From: Flaccisagitta enflata
Taxonomy: Eukaryota
Length of the DNA stretch: 64,000 nucleotides
Reading direction: 5' to 3'
Assembly: GCA_965153355.1 (NCBI GenBank)
Contig: OZ231126.1
Span: 7,068,001 to 7,132,000, forward strand
Position numbers and translations under genes: made by a program. This document shows positions 12,501 to 26,600 of this stretch, piece after piece. The notes under the pieces were generated by a model. The model made no database searches. It had not been told where the DNA came from and saw only the letters and a list, made by a program, of their open reading frames with translations. Position 1 is the stretch's first letter, and each line of letters begins with the position of its first letter.

Positions 12501-15500
12501 GCAGGATCAGTAATGCAAGAGACGCCCGAAAACGCATAAAAAAAAAACAAATAATGAATGACCGACCGACCGACGGACCAACCGACCGACTGAGAGCGAA
12601 TGAGAGCGTGCCAACCGGGCCCCAGGCAGCAAAAATAGCGGACCAGACAGCCAAATTGGGGGCCTCGGGCCCGCTCTAAAAGAAGGCCGTCGATAAGTCA
12701 TTTTCGATGGTGATATGGAGTCAGATCTTAAAACTTTCTTGTTTTTTATGGTTGCGGCAGACACACCCCGGCCTATTTATCGTCGTGCTGTACACTCCAA
12801 TTTTGTTCTATTCTGCATTTCATCTGGATCTACGCAATTGGAGAAGATACACTTTGGTATGATGGATTGGTCGTTCAGTCTATAACACAACTATGATATC
12901 ATAGATACTATCTTGCTCAAATTAAAAGAGTCCTCGTTATAAAAATTAATCATTTATTCTTAAATAATGATTAGTAATTAAAACCTGTTCTTTTGCGATA
13001 AAAATTCATTTTACATATTTTGGCAGTAACTTTTGCTTGTATAGCAACTGTAATGGTCTCTTGTAACCCTACCATCAATTTGCGTGTGACATGTTTCACA
13101 ACTTCTTTATCTGTTTTTGCTTTTCTGATTTTAAGGCAAACCTTTCATTAATTTTGTTGTAAAATCTAAACGATTTGAGCTCTGCTTGGTGGCAAATGAA
13201 AGCTCTTTTGAAGCTCTTTACATTGGTCATCAATTTTCCTGACCTTCTATGATTGATATGTACAGGATATACCCATATGAAAATGCTAGAATTACAAAAA
13301 AAAAATTTACCTCATAGATCAAAGTGAATCATTTCACTTTTTCTGCTGTAAAATCTGAACAAATTGAGCTACAGATCTCTAATTTTTATATGTTTTGTAT
13401 TATGATTTAGCCATAATTTAAGAAAACATGCCGGACTCTTTTGAGCAAGATACTATCTAGGAAATAGAAATCTTTCCGCACGTTTCAGGTAATAACTCTT
13501 GTAAGAATCATCTTATTGATAAAAAATTGGTGACAAAAATGAAGCTCTTCAAATTTGCAAGCCATCTCCGCAAACCGCATCTTGCTATCTCAATGGGTTT
13601 AGAAGTTATCTTACTTTGAATGAAATCATTCCTTTTGAAGGTTCCTTAATTTGACTTCTTTACAGTAAGTCTTATTCATTCAAAAATTGATATCTTCTTT
13701 GTCTTTTGATGAATTGACAAAAAATTGGTGGCCAAACTGAAGAGTTTTTCAAGGGGCATCTTTATGTTTTTTTGCGCAACAAAATCAATTCAGCCATTTA
13801 AAAGTTATGATCACTCAAAGATGAAGAAAGGGAAAAAATGTTATCATGCAAAAAAGCTGGAAGCCAACACTCCAACGTACCTCCAGAAACTCTGCAAATT
13901 GCTGAATTGGATAATGGCGGTGGTAATTGAGTCAGAGGGAGCCTAAATCTGTTATTTATTGATTTGTAATCAACTGATATAAGTGATTGTGTCAATAAAT
14001 GACATGAATCATAAGGTGGAAAGATTTCTATTTCCTAGATAGTAGTACATAAATACATTCATACATACATTCTCTTCCCAAATGGTTTTTAGTGAGAACT
14101 TAGTTTTTGAAAATGCAAAATTCATACATACATTCTCTTCCCAAATGGTTTTTAGTGAGAACTATTTTGACCTCTGGAAAAAAAAAAAAGATGTTAATAA
14201 AATTTTACTGAAAATCTTCATTTTCTTGCCTTTTTCCTTGAGAATTGCTAATCAAAAAGCAATCTTAAGCATAAAATATGAAACAGACATACATATCAAG
14301 TTGTGTATCCAGTAGCAGCTTGACCAATGAAAAAATTTGTGGATGGATAATTAAGCTATCATTTATGCAAAAGTGAAATTAAGCACTGCACTTTTCCCTG
14401 GCAGATTTGACGTCATAAGTGTTTTTGTTGGAATCTAAAATAAACGGCCAAAGAGCCTCATCTACTTTGGACTCATTTTTAGTCGCGGACACGCGACTCT
14501 ACACCTTGCCGTGTCGGTCGGTAGGTCGGTAGGTCGGTCCGTCAGTCCGTCCGTCCGTCCGTCACATTTTTGAACTCCGAGTGGTTTTTGCATTACTGCT
14601 CCTGCCCAACCGTCCGCGACTGGATTGCCGTGTATCCGGCCTTGTTGAATTCCGAGCGGTTTTCGCATTACTGCTCCTGCCCAACCGTCCGCGACTGGAT
14701 TGCCGTGTATCCGGCCTTGTTATCTGCCTAAGGCCAAGAGCCTATGTTTTTTAACTTGGTATACATTGAATTAACTGTGGTAATTCTCACATGCAGCTGT
14801 GGCAGGACAGAAGTCGCCTGCTCACATTGTGGTACACCTACAAATTATCAATTTGTCAACTTTAATGCATGAATTGATCAGTGAATGATTAAATAAATGG
14901 AAAACAGCCTTGTCTCTTAACTTTCTGTAACGACAGATGGGGATGGAGTTTGTCATCGTGGCAATTATCTCTTACATGATGATGGTTAGCTTCACCGCGG
15001 CTTTGGTCCACGGCCTTTGGAAATGGAATGTTTCTTGCTCTTTCATGTTTGGCTCCATAATAACTGCCACAGACTGTCTCATGCTTATTCCAATCTTTGT
15101 TGGAACCAGTGCGGCGAGAGCTGTAGGTAAAAGGAGTGTAGTCAGTGGTTTTTTCTTGTGTGGTACCATCATAACTGCCGCATACTGCCTCATGCTCATT
15201 CTAATCTTTGTTGGAACCAGTGCAGCAACAGTAGAAGGTAAAAGAAATGATTTCTAGTTTGATACCGTCATAAATGCCACAGACTGCCAGTTGTTGGAAC
15301 CAGTGCGGAAAGAGCTGTAGGTAAGAGAAGTGAAGTCAATTGTTTTGTCTGATCTGGTATCATTATAACTGACACAAACTGCCTCATGCTTTTTCCAATC
15401 TTTGTTGGAATCAGTGCGGGCAGAGCTGTAGGTAAGAGAAGTGAAGACAGTTATTTTTCTTATCTAATACCATTTTAGCTACGATGGACTGCCTCATGCT

Positions 15501-18500
15501 TATTCAAATTTTTGTTGAAACCAGTGCGGCGAGAGCTGTAGGAAAGAGGAAAGAGGAAAGAGTCAGTTGGTTTTTCTTATCTGGTACCATAATGATAATA
15601 TAATATTTTAACTGCCACAGACTGCCACATGCTTATTCCAATCTTTGTTGGATCCAGTGCAGCAAGAGCTGTAGGTACAACTAAAGATTTCTAGTTTGAT
15701 ACCATCATAACTGCCACAGACTGCCTTATGCCTATTCCAATCTTTGTTAGAATCAGCTCAGCAAGAGCTGTGGGTAAGAGGAGTGCTTACCAGAGTGCTC
15801 TTAAATTATGGTCCAATCTGAATCTTGTCTTCCTTGCCTAAGGAGTGTTTCCATATTCATCACAGATGATGGCTCTGGACTCATGTGATGATCAGATGAA
15901 GTTTACTCATGCCCACCACCCCACCTCTTTCCCATGATAAAAGATAAGAAACTTTGGAGGCATTTTCTACGAGATATGAGGGGGGTGGCGCGGAAAAACT
16001 TCATTTGATCGCTACAAGATTTTAGGCTTATCATCTGGGATGGACATGGTCTCCATTTGTCCACAAGGGGAACTGTTTATGCTTATGCTTATGTGCAAGA
16101 GCTGTAGGTAAGAGAACTGATGTCATTTGTTCCTTATTGTTTGGTACCAACATAACTGCCATGGACTGTCTCGTGCTTATTCCGACTTTTGTTGAAACAA
16201 GCACAGCGCCAATGAGAGCTGTAGGTCAATGGATTAAATTCTGTCATCCTTGACTGTTTCAAGGATATTTGTTTTGAGCCTGCACCTTAAGATTTACAGG
16301 TGTGTGAGGTGTGGCTGAGGCAAAAGCATTCCATTGAGCTTTGTTTGAAGTATTTCTTACACTATTAAATTTTCAGTGAGAGCTTCAGTATGAAATTTTC
16401 ATTGTCCAGGCATCTAATGATGTGTTTTCTTCTTCATAAACAGCAAATCATGTTAATCATGAAGCAACCTTCAACACAGTCCTGGCATTTCTCATGTTTG
16501 ACATTTGGGCTAAGTATGACCATTACAAAAACTACCATGGTAAGTGAATCTGAAACTCGAATCAAGCTGCACTGTGGACTGAAACGGACAGAGAGAAAAT
16601 TCTGGGCTGAGTGACAGAAATGGCGAGTTGATCTTAAATGAATCATTGACAAACACGAAAAAAATTCTGTAATGAGGGCAGTCATATGAGAATTCTGGCA
16701 GATTTTCAAGGAAAAGGATACTTTTCATGTTTCCATGTCTTCTCATTCAATTCTTTTCTTAGGTTTCCAATATTTCATGAATGTGTTTGTATTATCACCC
16801 ATCGTTGCCTTTCTCATGGCCCTGCTTTTCTTACAATTTTGTAAGTGGTTCCACAGCTGTTACATTTCAGATATGGTAAGTACAAATCTATTATGATAAC
16901 CTGTGCTTAAGGAGGATTTCAGTAATGTAACCCACCAAAGCGTAGGGCTTTGCTTTGCTTTGCTTATTGATTGCGCCTGGTCAAGGTATGGAGACCTTGG
17001 AGGTAAGATATGGGGGGCTATTAACTGGGGCTCAGTGCTTGCAGCTTTTGAATTGTATTGTAAAATATATTCTGGCAGGCAAGGAAGATTCATTTTCAAT
17101 GTGTATCCTGTTAACAAAACACTAATTTTGTTGTTAAACTACAGATTATTATTCTCTCCTTGATCATTATTTCATACATCGTTGGATACCACCTATTAAC
17201 TCTCTCTGGTACATTGATGGTTTTTGTATCAAGTCTTGTCGTACAATTCAACAAAACCATCCTATCATCTGAGGTAAAGACAAACACAAAATATGAAAAC
17301 AAGGCCGGATACACGGCTACCCAAGTTGCGTGCGGGTGGGCAGGGGCAGTGATGAAATAGACCAATCAAGCAGTTGGGCAGGAGCAGTAACCCCCAAACC
17401 TCCCATAAACGCCGAAAAATCAAAGTGTAACAGATGGACCAATGTACGGACCAGTGGACGGACCGACGGATGGGCTGCCGGACAGAGCAGGTTGCAGAGT
17501 TGCGTTCACGCAACTAAAAATGCAGAAACACAACTCTTGAACATGCCATGTTGGTCCGTTAGTTGATCAATCCGTCCAATCATCTGTCCGTCCTTCGGTA
17601 ACTTATTTGAGATGGGAGTGTTTTTTTGCTGTATAACCCTTTCCCACCCATCTGTGACTTGGGAAGTTGGGAGGAGTGTAGCGGCCTTGTTTAACTTCTT
17701 TTTGAGGTACAACGGGATCTTTTTTTTTAAATGATCTTTGGCTAAGGACCTATCTCCACAGTGTGCATATAGGAAATAAAGTTGATATGAATGCATTTTT
17801 AAGATCACGGTCCCTTTAGATGAATTTCTCCATTCCCTATTAAAGACAAGATTTGTTGGTCACTTGACATCCATTGTTGCAAAGTACCTGTACCTGTACC
17901 TTCATAATTTACATTCCTTCCCTAAATACTGAAGACTGACAAATAGGATACCAGAGCAAAACCTTGCAAAACCTTGACCACAAATCATGGTCTTGTTACT
18001 AACCATTTCAATTTCATCCATTTCTCTCAGGTTCTTTCAAGTGTATACATGACATTAGATGTGCTTACATTTATGAGTACATCAGTATTGACAGTATACA
18101 CCACTGTCTGGTTGATTCATTATACAGACATTTCCGTTGGTACGTGTTTACTTATGCCTTGTTAGAAAGACTGGCTCCAAGATGAGTCAAGCTGCAGTAA
18201 AGGGATACTCCACAGATGTTAACAAATAACCCGGGGAAACAATGTTGTCGCGGATATGCAACCCCTACCCCCTCCACACACACAAACTCTTTGAACAATT
18301 ACAAATAGTCCCGTCTCTTAAAGGAATAAAAACCAGGAACTCGGCGCTTTTGGAGCAAAGTGTGAAAATTTGCATACAGGGTCAGTTTTTCGTGCCGAAC
18401 AAGACTAGAAGGGGTACACGTCCGATTTTTTAGTGTACCCCTTTCAAAAACGCGTTTTTTTGCCCAAAAAACACTTTGAAATGGCGCTGACGCCAAACCA

Positions 18501-20595
18501 ATTGACGGATGACTATAAAATTTTAGGTGAAGAAAAATATGCCTTTTCCTACTTCTAAAATTTCATAAAATCGGTTCAGATAAGAATGAAGATAATGCGT
18601 TTAAAGTCAGCCTATTTTCAAAAAGTATTATATTTGGGTAAAAGGTTTTTTTGAGCTGTAAGTCTGAAATTGGTTTCACTCATTTATTTTACCCTAATTC
18701 CCCTCTAAAATCAAAAAAATTGAAAAATCCATGTTTTTTCATTTTTTGGCCAAAAACTAAAATAACCTTCAAAATTTAGGCCTGATTTTCATTTTAGCTA
18801 GTGCAAGGAAAATACAAAAAATCATTGACCCACTCAGAATCTATTAACATAGTGTACAACTTATTCCCAAACTTTCAGAAGGGTACATTAACCCAAAAGA
18901 CAAAATTTAATTTCAAAGAATTAAAAACGAACCCAAAATTTCGCATTTTGGACTCCCTAGGGACATTTGGTAACGCTACAGCCAAACGCTTCAACCAATT
19001 TGCCTAAAATTTTGTATGCAAGTCTCTATATGTAAGGGGCATATCTGAGCCAAATTTCAGCTTCCTAATCAGACTCTTGAATTTTTTCATATACCAAAGA
19101 GGCAAAAAAATGCTAAATTTTCATATTTTTGCTTTAGACTTTGAATTTAAATTTTGTCTTTTTGGGTTAATGTAAATTTCTGTTTAGAATAAGTTATACA
19201 CTTATGACAATAGATTCTGAGTAGGGTGTTGATTTTCACACTTTCCTTGCACTAGCCTTTTTTAAAATCAGGCCAAAATTTTGAGACCATTTTGTGGTTT
19301 TTTGACATAAAATAGAAAAATACATGGATTTTTTCAATTTTTTTGTTTTTAGAGTAAATTAGGGTAATATATGCAAGTGAAACCACCAGACTTCCAGCTC
19401 AAACACAATTTACCTCAAAATTGAAACATAGCCTTTTTTTGAAAATAGGCCTAAACTTTAAATGGTAATATCTTCGCTTCTACTGAACCGATTTTGCTGA
19501 AATTTTGCATGCAAGTAGAAAAAAGGCATATTTTTCTTCACCTAAAATTTTATAGTCATCCGTCAATTGGTTTGGCGTCAGCGCCATTTCAAAGTGTTTT
19601 TTGGGCAAAAAAATGTGTTTTTGAGATGGGTACACTAAAAAATCAGACGTGTACCCATTCTAGTCTTGTTCGGCACGAAAAACTGACCCCGTATGCAAAT
19701 TTTCACGCTTTGCTCCAAAAACGCCGAGTCCTTTTCCTTAAATCCTAGACTAAAATGAGCATTTTAAAACTTAAGTTAGGATGCACATTTTCACACTTTT
19801 CAAATCGAGCATTACAGAGAGCTGGACTAATAGATCGACAAATGGATTGACAACGCCTCTTGAAGACTCGCAAGTCCGCAATTAAGAACCAGGCTGAAGC
19901 TTTAAAAACCTTCAAAAGATACGCATGAAGGAGTTCATCAAAATCAATCACAAACTCTCTACGACATTTCATTTTCTTTGTCACTTCTTAGTCGCGTGCT
20001 ACGCGACTCTACATCCCGCTTTGTCGGTCCGTCCGTTGGTCCGTCGGTCCGTCGGTCTGTCGCTCCGTCCGTCCGTCCGTGCGTCCGTCCGTCCGTCCGT
20101 CCGTCCGTCCGTCCGTCCGTCCGTCCTTCCGTCCGTCCGTCCGTCACACTTTACTTTTTTTGGGTTTTGGGATTTTTGGCTTCACTGCTCCTGCCCAAAT
20201 GATCTGGTGACCGCAATTACAACCCCTGCCCACCCGCACGCCACTGGGGTAGCCGTGTATCCAGCCTTATTTTCTTTTCAGTTTTGTTTCTCAGCTCCTG
20301 TTTGTTGCGTGCTACGCGACTCTACAGTATCAATCAACCGCAGTATGGTGCAGTGCTCATGGTCACTAGAGCATTTGGGCAAGAGCAGTGAGGCCAGAGT
20401 CCATAAAACATAAAAAAGCAAAAAGGGGACTAACCAACCAACGGACGCACTGACAAAGCGGGTTGTAGAGTTGCGTGCGTGCAACTAAAAAGCGCACGTT
20501 TTGAATAATTGATGTTGGGTTATGACATTTGCAGAGGCGCTGATTGTGTAGCAGCGCGCAGCGCCGCTGCTCGGAAGAGTTGGCGGCCGTTCGGA

Positions 20596-20638
<43 letters not shown>

Positions 20639-23600
20639 TAGACAGAGAAAGAGACTGTACTTGGTCAGAGTGAAATACCAGAAAAAAGATGAGAAAAAGT
20701 TGAAAAATTCAAGAATAAGAAGAAAATGTTAAGAATTGGGATTGAAAATGACTTACAATATTTTTTGTAATGGCAATTTTTATGTCTTCAGCCCTACGAA
20801 AAAGTGATAATGGGCCTTCATAAATTCAGCAAATTTCTGTTTTAATTGCAGGCAGAGAAAGAGAGCTGATCCTATTTTTGGCACTACATCAACTCCCACT
20901 TGTTTGTGTGTGACCACCTGTCTGTCCATTGGTCCATCTGTCTGTCCATCAATCAAGCCCAAAAGATAGCGGGATAGAAAGAAACTGTGTTTCCCATAAT
21001 AAGCGTCACTGCCCTTAGCTCTTTCATTAGCAGAAATTTTTTTTGATTTATAACTATTTTTTTTCTCTAAAGAATGAAGAAACTAAAAAGATTTAAGTTT
21101 GAAGATACAGTGGACAACTGCCTTATCGGCACCTGATTTAACAGCATTTCTGATTAAGCAACCATGATGCTTTGGTCCCAAAATTTCCTAGGCTGTAACA
21201 ATGTTAATTTTTCCTGATTCAACAACACCGGATTTAACAGCCAAACCTGATTTACAGGCTTTATTTGTTTGTCCCATAGAAAATATACACCTTAATTAAA
21301 GGTATTTATAAACAATTTGATTTATTTGATAATAATATCACAAAAAACTAAAAAAAAACTAAAAAAAAACAAAAAAACAAGCAAATACATAAGATAAGAA
21401 TTTAAAAAAAGTCATAAATAGTGGATCAAAAATGGACATTTTCATTTTTTTATAAGAGGGATTTAAATCAAAATCAATTTTCATTTAGATATGATGGTAA
21501 TTTTTACTTGCTATATAGTTTAAGTATTTGATATGCAGTGATGCATCATGAATATATTAAAGCAGGCATATCAAAGGCTGTATCTGTAAATCTCTTGCTC
21601 TGTTTGCCAATTGCACAACAACTTAACCACTGCAAGTCATTGAGCACATATGTTTGCTTATTTAATTTTATATCAAATCTTTTTTTAATACTAAAAATTA
21701 GTAATTCGATTTAACAACATTTGAATTTAACATCCAAAATTCCTCAGTCCTTTCAAAACTGTTTTATCGGGTTTCCACTGTAGTTTGTGTTCTCCCTTTA
21801 CTTATTCTCTTATTTTTCTATTTCTTCTGATAAAAATTGTGATCAATAATGTTTTTTGGGGGCTTGAATGACCTTTTGTAACAGCCCAGGGCGCTGATTA
21901 GAAGAAATATGGTAGGTATATATTCAGCCAGGCCAGTCGGAAGATTTTGGGAGTTAGTTCCTGCTGCTCGGAAGGAAAACAAAATCAGCGGGTCTGGACA
22001 TTTGTATGATTTTTTAAATATCTTTCTATTAACACAAATCAAAGTACTTGCATGCACGCAACTCTACAACCCCCTTTGTCTGTGCGTCCATTGGTTGGTT
22101 AGTCCCCTTTTTGGCAGCGGCCCCGAAGGAGTCGATGACCTATGCTTTCGCACATATGGGGAATTTTCTCCTCCTTCTTCTTCTCCTCCTTCGCCTTCAT
22201 CCCCCCCCCTCCTCCCCACCTCCAGGCCCATATCTCAGTCTCGAGGCCCATATCCCAGCCTTGAGGCCCAAATCCCTGTCTTGAGGCCCAAATCCCAACC
22301 TCAAGGCCCAAATCCCAACCCTAAGACAGGGATTTGGGCCTCAAGGCTGGGATATGGGCCTCGAGGCTGAGATATGGGCCTGGAGGTTGGGGGGAGGGGG
22401 GGGTGCAGAGGAGAAGGAGGAGGAGAAAATCCCCCATATGTGTGAAAGCAAAGATCATCGAGCCTTTCGGGGCGGCTGCCCTGCTCCCCCCTCAACTTCA
22501 ACCACAACCTACTTAAGCAGGGCACGGGTACCGCTGACCATATAACGCTTTTCACTGCCCTCTCATAGCAAGATCAGGTGAAAAGTAACAATACTGTAGG
22601 TTTTTTTATTGTTTTGTATAGAATCTGAGCTCTATTTACTGGAACTAATGAAGATAAAATCTTGTCAAGAGCGCTTTTGGAGATTTTCATAAAAATTGGT
22701 GGTTTCAAGCTTTTTTTTTCCTGTAGATTCAACTGGGTATTTCAGAAATACTTTTTGTCAGCAAATTCGTATTTCTGGTGAAATTTCCATTCATTTGATA
22801 GGTCGCAACATGTACTTTTACATAGAAATAAGATTTTCAGTTTTTAAGCCACCGTTGCAAAATTGTAACGGTGGCTTAAAGATGGGAAATTGCATTTTTG
22901 GATAAAATTATATGGTGCGACCTATCAAATGAATGGAAATTTCACCAGGAATTCAAATATGCTGTCAAAATACCCAGTAGAATCTACATTGAAAAAAAGG
23001 GTACAAACCATCAATTTTTATGAAAATCTCAAAAAGCGCTCTTGACAAGTTTTTATCTTTATTTGTTCCAGTAAATAGAGCTCAGATTTTATACAAAACA
23101 ATGAAAAAACCTACAGTAATGTTACTTTTCTCTGGGTCTTGCTGTGAGAGGGTAGTGTTTTGGGACTATTTACTTTTTTATGTTGTATGTACTTTGGCCT
23201 CACTGCTCTTGCCCAAATGCTCTAGTGACCAGGAGCACTGCACCATTGCCTCAGCGACACTTTGGGTAAATGACATTATTAAACAAGACCTGTGCAGTAG
23301 AAAATATCTTTTGGAGCGGTTTTTGAAAAGTTTTCAATTTTAATTTTCACCCATGTTTAAACTTGTAGATTGTGCACAGTCACTACAATCTCTTTTTCGA
23401 TAGCAGAATGTTAAACCGGATAAAATTCCCTTTCATTTGATAGGTCGTACTAAATAGTTTTTTAAAAAATCAAGTTTATCATTTTTCTTGTCACCCTTAC
23501 AAATTTGTAACGGTGGCATGAAAAACAAAAATTGGATACCTTAATGAAAATACACAGTGCGACCTATCTAAGGAAAGGAAATTTCATCAGGAATAACAAT

Positions 23601-26600
23601 AACCAAATAAAAAAGTAGTCCAAGTAACTCAGGAGAATCTTTATGCTAAAATATGATTGAAAATTTACATAATTGGAAATATCTCAAAAATTGCTCATCA
23701 AAATATTTTCTATTGCACAGGTGATGTTTAGTATTGCCATGGACCATGCAATTCCATAAAAAAAACCCATGGTTATGTTGAGGCACACCCAAAGTGTCCC
23801 TGAGACAATGATGACTGCACCTGCCCACCCACATGTAACTGGGGTAGCCGTGAATCCAGCCTTGTTTTAAATTTGCGTTGTGTTACTGGCGAATATGTAA
23901 CCCTTTTCTTTTCAGAGGTGTTTCTGATAGAATCCATTACCCTTTATGTAATTGTGATGTTTGCTCGTGGTTTCGTCTTGGCAATGTTATTTCCATTGGG
24001 CAACATCGTTGGGTTTATGTTTGACTGGCGCCAAAAAATTGTAGTGGCTTGGTCTGGACTGCGCTCTCCCATATTGCTCATTTTGGCATTGTTATTCAAC
24101 ATGTACACCAAAAGTGATCCATATAGATTATATGATAAGTAGGTGCTAGTGCATTGATCCTACTTTGATCGTTTTGGTGTATGGTAAATTGGGACAGTTA
24201 AATCCCCTATCAACAGATTTCTGAGGGCCGATAAATCCTATTGGTTATAGGCGGAATGTTGTTATGGCCAATAATACTATGTTAGAAATAAAAAGGTTCC
24301 AACATTATTTCATTTATTGACATGAAAATGAAAACAAATCAATAACAAATCTATGAATATTTAGTGTCAGCTCCATTTGACTGAACCACCACCGCCGTTC
24401 ATCCGGTAAGCAGTTTGCAGAGCCTCCCCAGACTCCAGGTACTCTGGTGTGATGGCGTTTCAAACCTTTCTAGCTATTTTCTTGATCCCCCTCTTTTGCT
24501 ATGTTTACAATTGTAGCTCCAAAGAAATTCAACAAATGATAGATAAATTGGTGACATAAATGTAGCCATTCAAATTTGCTAGCAGTCTATGCAAACCACA
24601 GCTATCTAGCTCAATGTGTTTAGAAGTTAAAGAAGAAAAAGTGAAGTTTATTATTTGAAAATTATGTAGAAATGGCAAAAGTAAAACTGAAACATTTTAA
24701 TCAAAGTTGAATAACTTTTGAATGCATTGAGCTAGAGACATGCTGTTTTTGCAAATTTGCAAATTTGAAGGGCTTTAATAATCTTGCTTATCTTTTGATG
24801 ATTTGTTATATATGTAAATATAAATGTGAAGGAACCTTTTTTTTCTAAAATAGTAGAAATAAAAAGAAAACTGGTTGAGTAGAAATAAAAGAAAACTGGT
24901 TGAAACAACTTTTGTCTGTTTTAGGCGGAATTCCGTTAAGATATGGTCTTTTTGTGCGGGGTTCAACTGGACAAACAATTTGATGTTGGAAACATGTTGT
25001 TCTATCTGGGAAATGTAGACGCCTGAAGAGGAGTATCATTTTTAGAACAATGTTACTCCCAATAGATAGAGCTGCAATAAGACGGCGCTCTTTCAAAGGC
25101 AACATTTGTGTTTCAACGGAAGCAAAAGTAATAAACTAAAATGATTGAAACTGAATGATTAAACTGAAATAATCATTAAGATATATCATAATTAGTATTT
25201 GTTTGCATAACTTACGTCCAATCGTGATATATAACCAAATATAGCTGAAATCAATAAAGAAAATGAAATGCTAATTACTGTTTGTTTGTTTTTTTTTTTG
25301 TTTGGTTTTTTTTTTTTTGTTATTGACAGGAGGCCCATTGATATTCTAAGTTTGCATAGAAAATGAAAATATGAGTAATGAAAAATATAGTTCTCTTCCA
25401 AAATCGATTATGAAGAGAACTACATTTTTGAAAATGCAAAATTTCCCTGCATTTGAGTCTTAGAATTTCAACTAAAAAAATAAAGAAAGAATGGTAAGGA
25501 AAGTTTTATAAACTACCATGATTTTCTCGCTTTTCTCATATGAATTGCACAGTCAAAATGACCTATGAGGTTAGAATATGATAAAAATGTATAAACCAAG
25601 AGTCTTTAGAGACAATTTGTCTGTTGCAAGAATTTTTGCACTATTATTATCCAGAAAAATGATGCAAAAATTATAGTGAAATACTTAGTTTTCCTTTTAA
25701 AAATTTGCTGTCACAACCAGATTGGTCTCATTTTGTTGTTTAAACTGTTTGAATGCGGTTAAGCTTGAGCTGGAGTTAATTTGTTAGGGAGAAGCACTCT
25801 TCCAAAGCTGATGCTTAAAATCAGGTGTCCATATACAGTTGAACCCCACTCTAACGAGCCCGCCACCAACGGAATTCTGCCTACAACAGATGGAAATTCA
25901 TGATCCCTTCAAATCAATTTTTTTATTTCCTCTGTTGGCAATAACAGAAGTCCGCCTTTAACAAAAAAAACAATTGGTCCCCTGAAATTTGTTAGAGCTG
26001 AGTTCAACTGGATGTATTTCCATGCCTCGTTGCGGGGAATATGGATCAATTATATAGTTGGTTGTGTGCTAATTGTCTGCTGCATGACAGTGATTCTGAA
26101 TCCTAGATATTCTTCATTTCAGAGATTATGGATCAATTTTAGTTGGTTGGGTTTTCGGGGTCATCTGTTTGACCATGATCATAAATGCTCCTTCCATACC
26201 TAAACTAGTAAAAGTCATGGGACTTTTTGAATGCACGGAGGCGAGAAAGGCACATTTGGTGGAGGTCAATGAAAGAGTAGCTCTTGGCATGCATGCTCAG
26301 AAAGTGCTACTGATGACAGACAGGTTTGCTATGACCCAGTCAGTTCCTAAAAGATGCCCAGCTCGCAATTAGATTGGTTCTTTATGGTATTAGAAAGCAA
26401 GTTCAGGTCTTGTTGAAGATTTTCTTGCCTTCCCGGGGTAAGGGTTTTGGTATTACCATAATTGCCCATGACATTGGTAAAAGATGGTTGTTGGGAAGTG
26501 TCCATTTTTTGGTCACTTTGGCCTCAAATTTATGCCACTTCGCCTTTGAAATCAAACCTAAAATCCATGAGATTATAAGACTAGAGCTGAAGAGCTAACC

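Noticed and set aside
16618-16672. [13 protein letters not shown] as an alternative TM6 (GESLLND-like) exon
   Set aside because: Wrong phase, runs into TAA, lacks the hydrophobic helix; exon 16444-16539 fits better. It has no Asp either.
20536-21992. Shared ggcgctgatt...gctgctcggaag motifs at 20536 and 21889
   Set aside because: Could not define termini, a TSD or a structure; probably fragments of an old repeat
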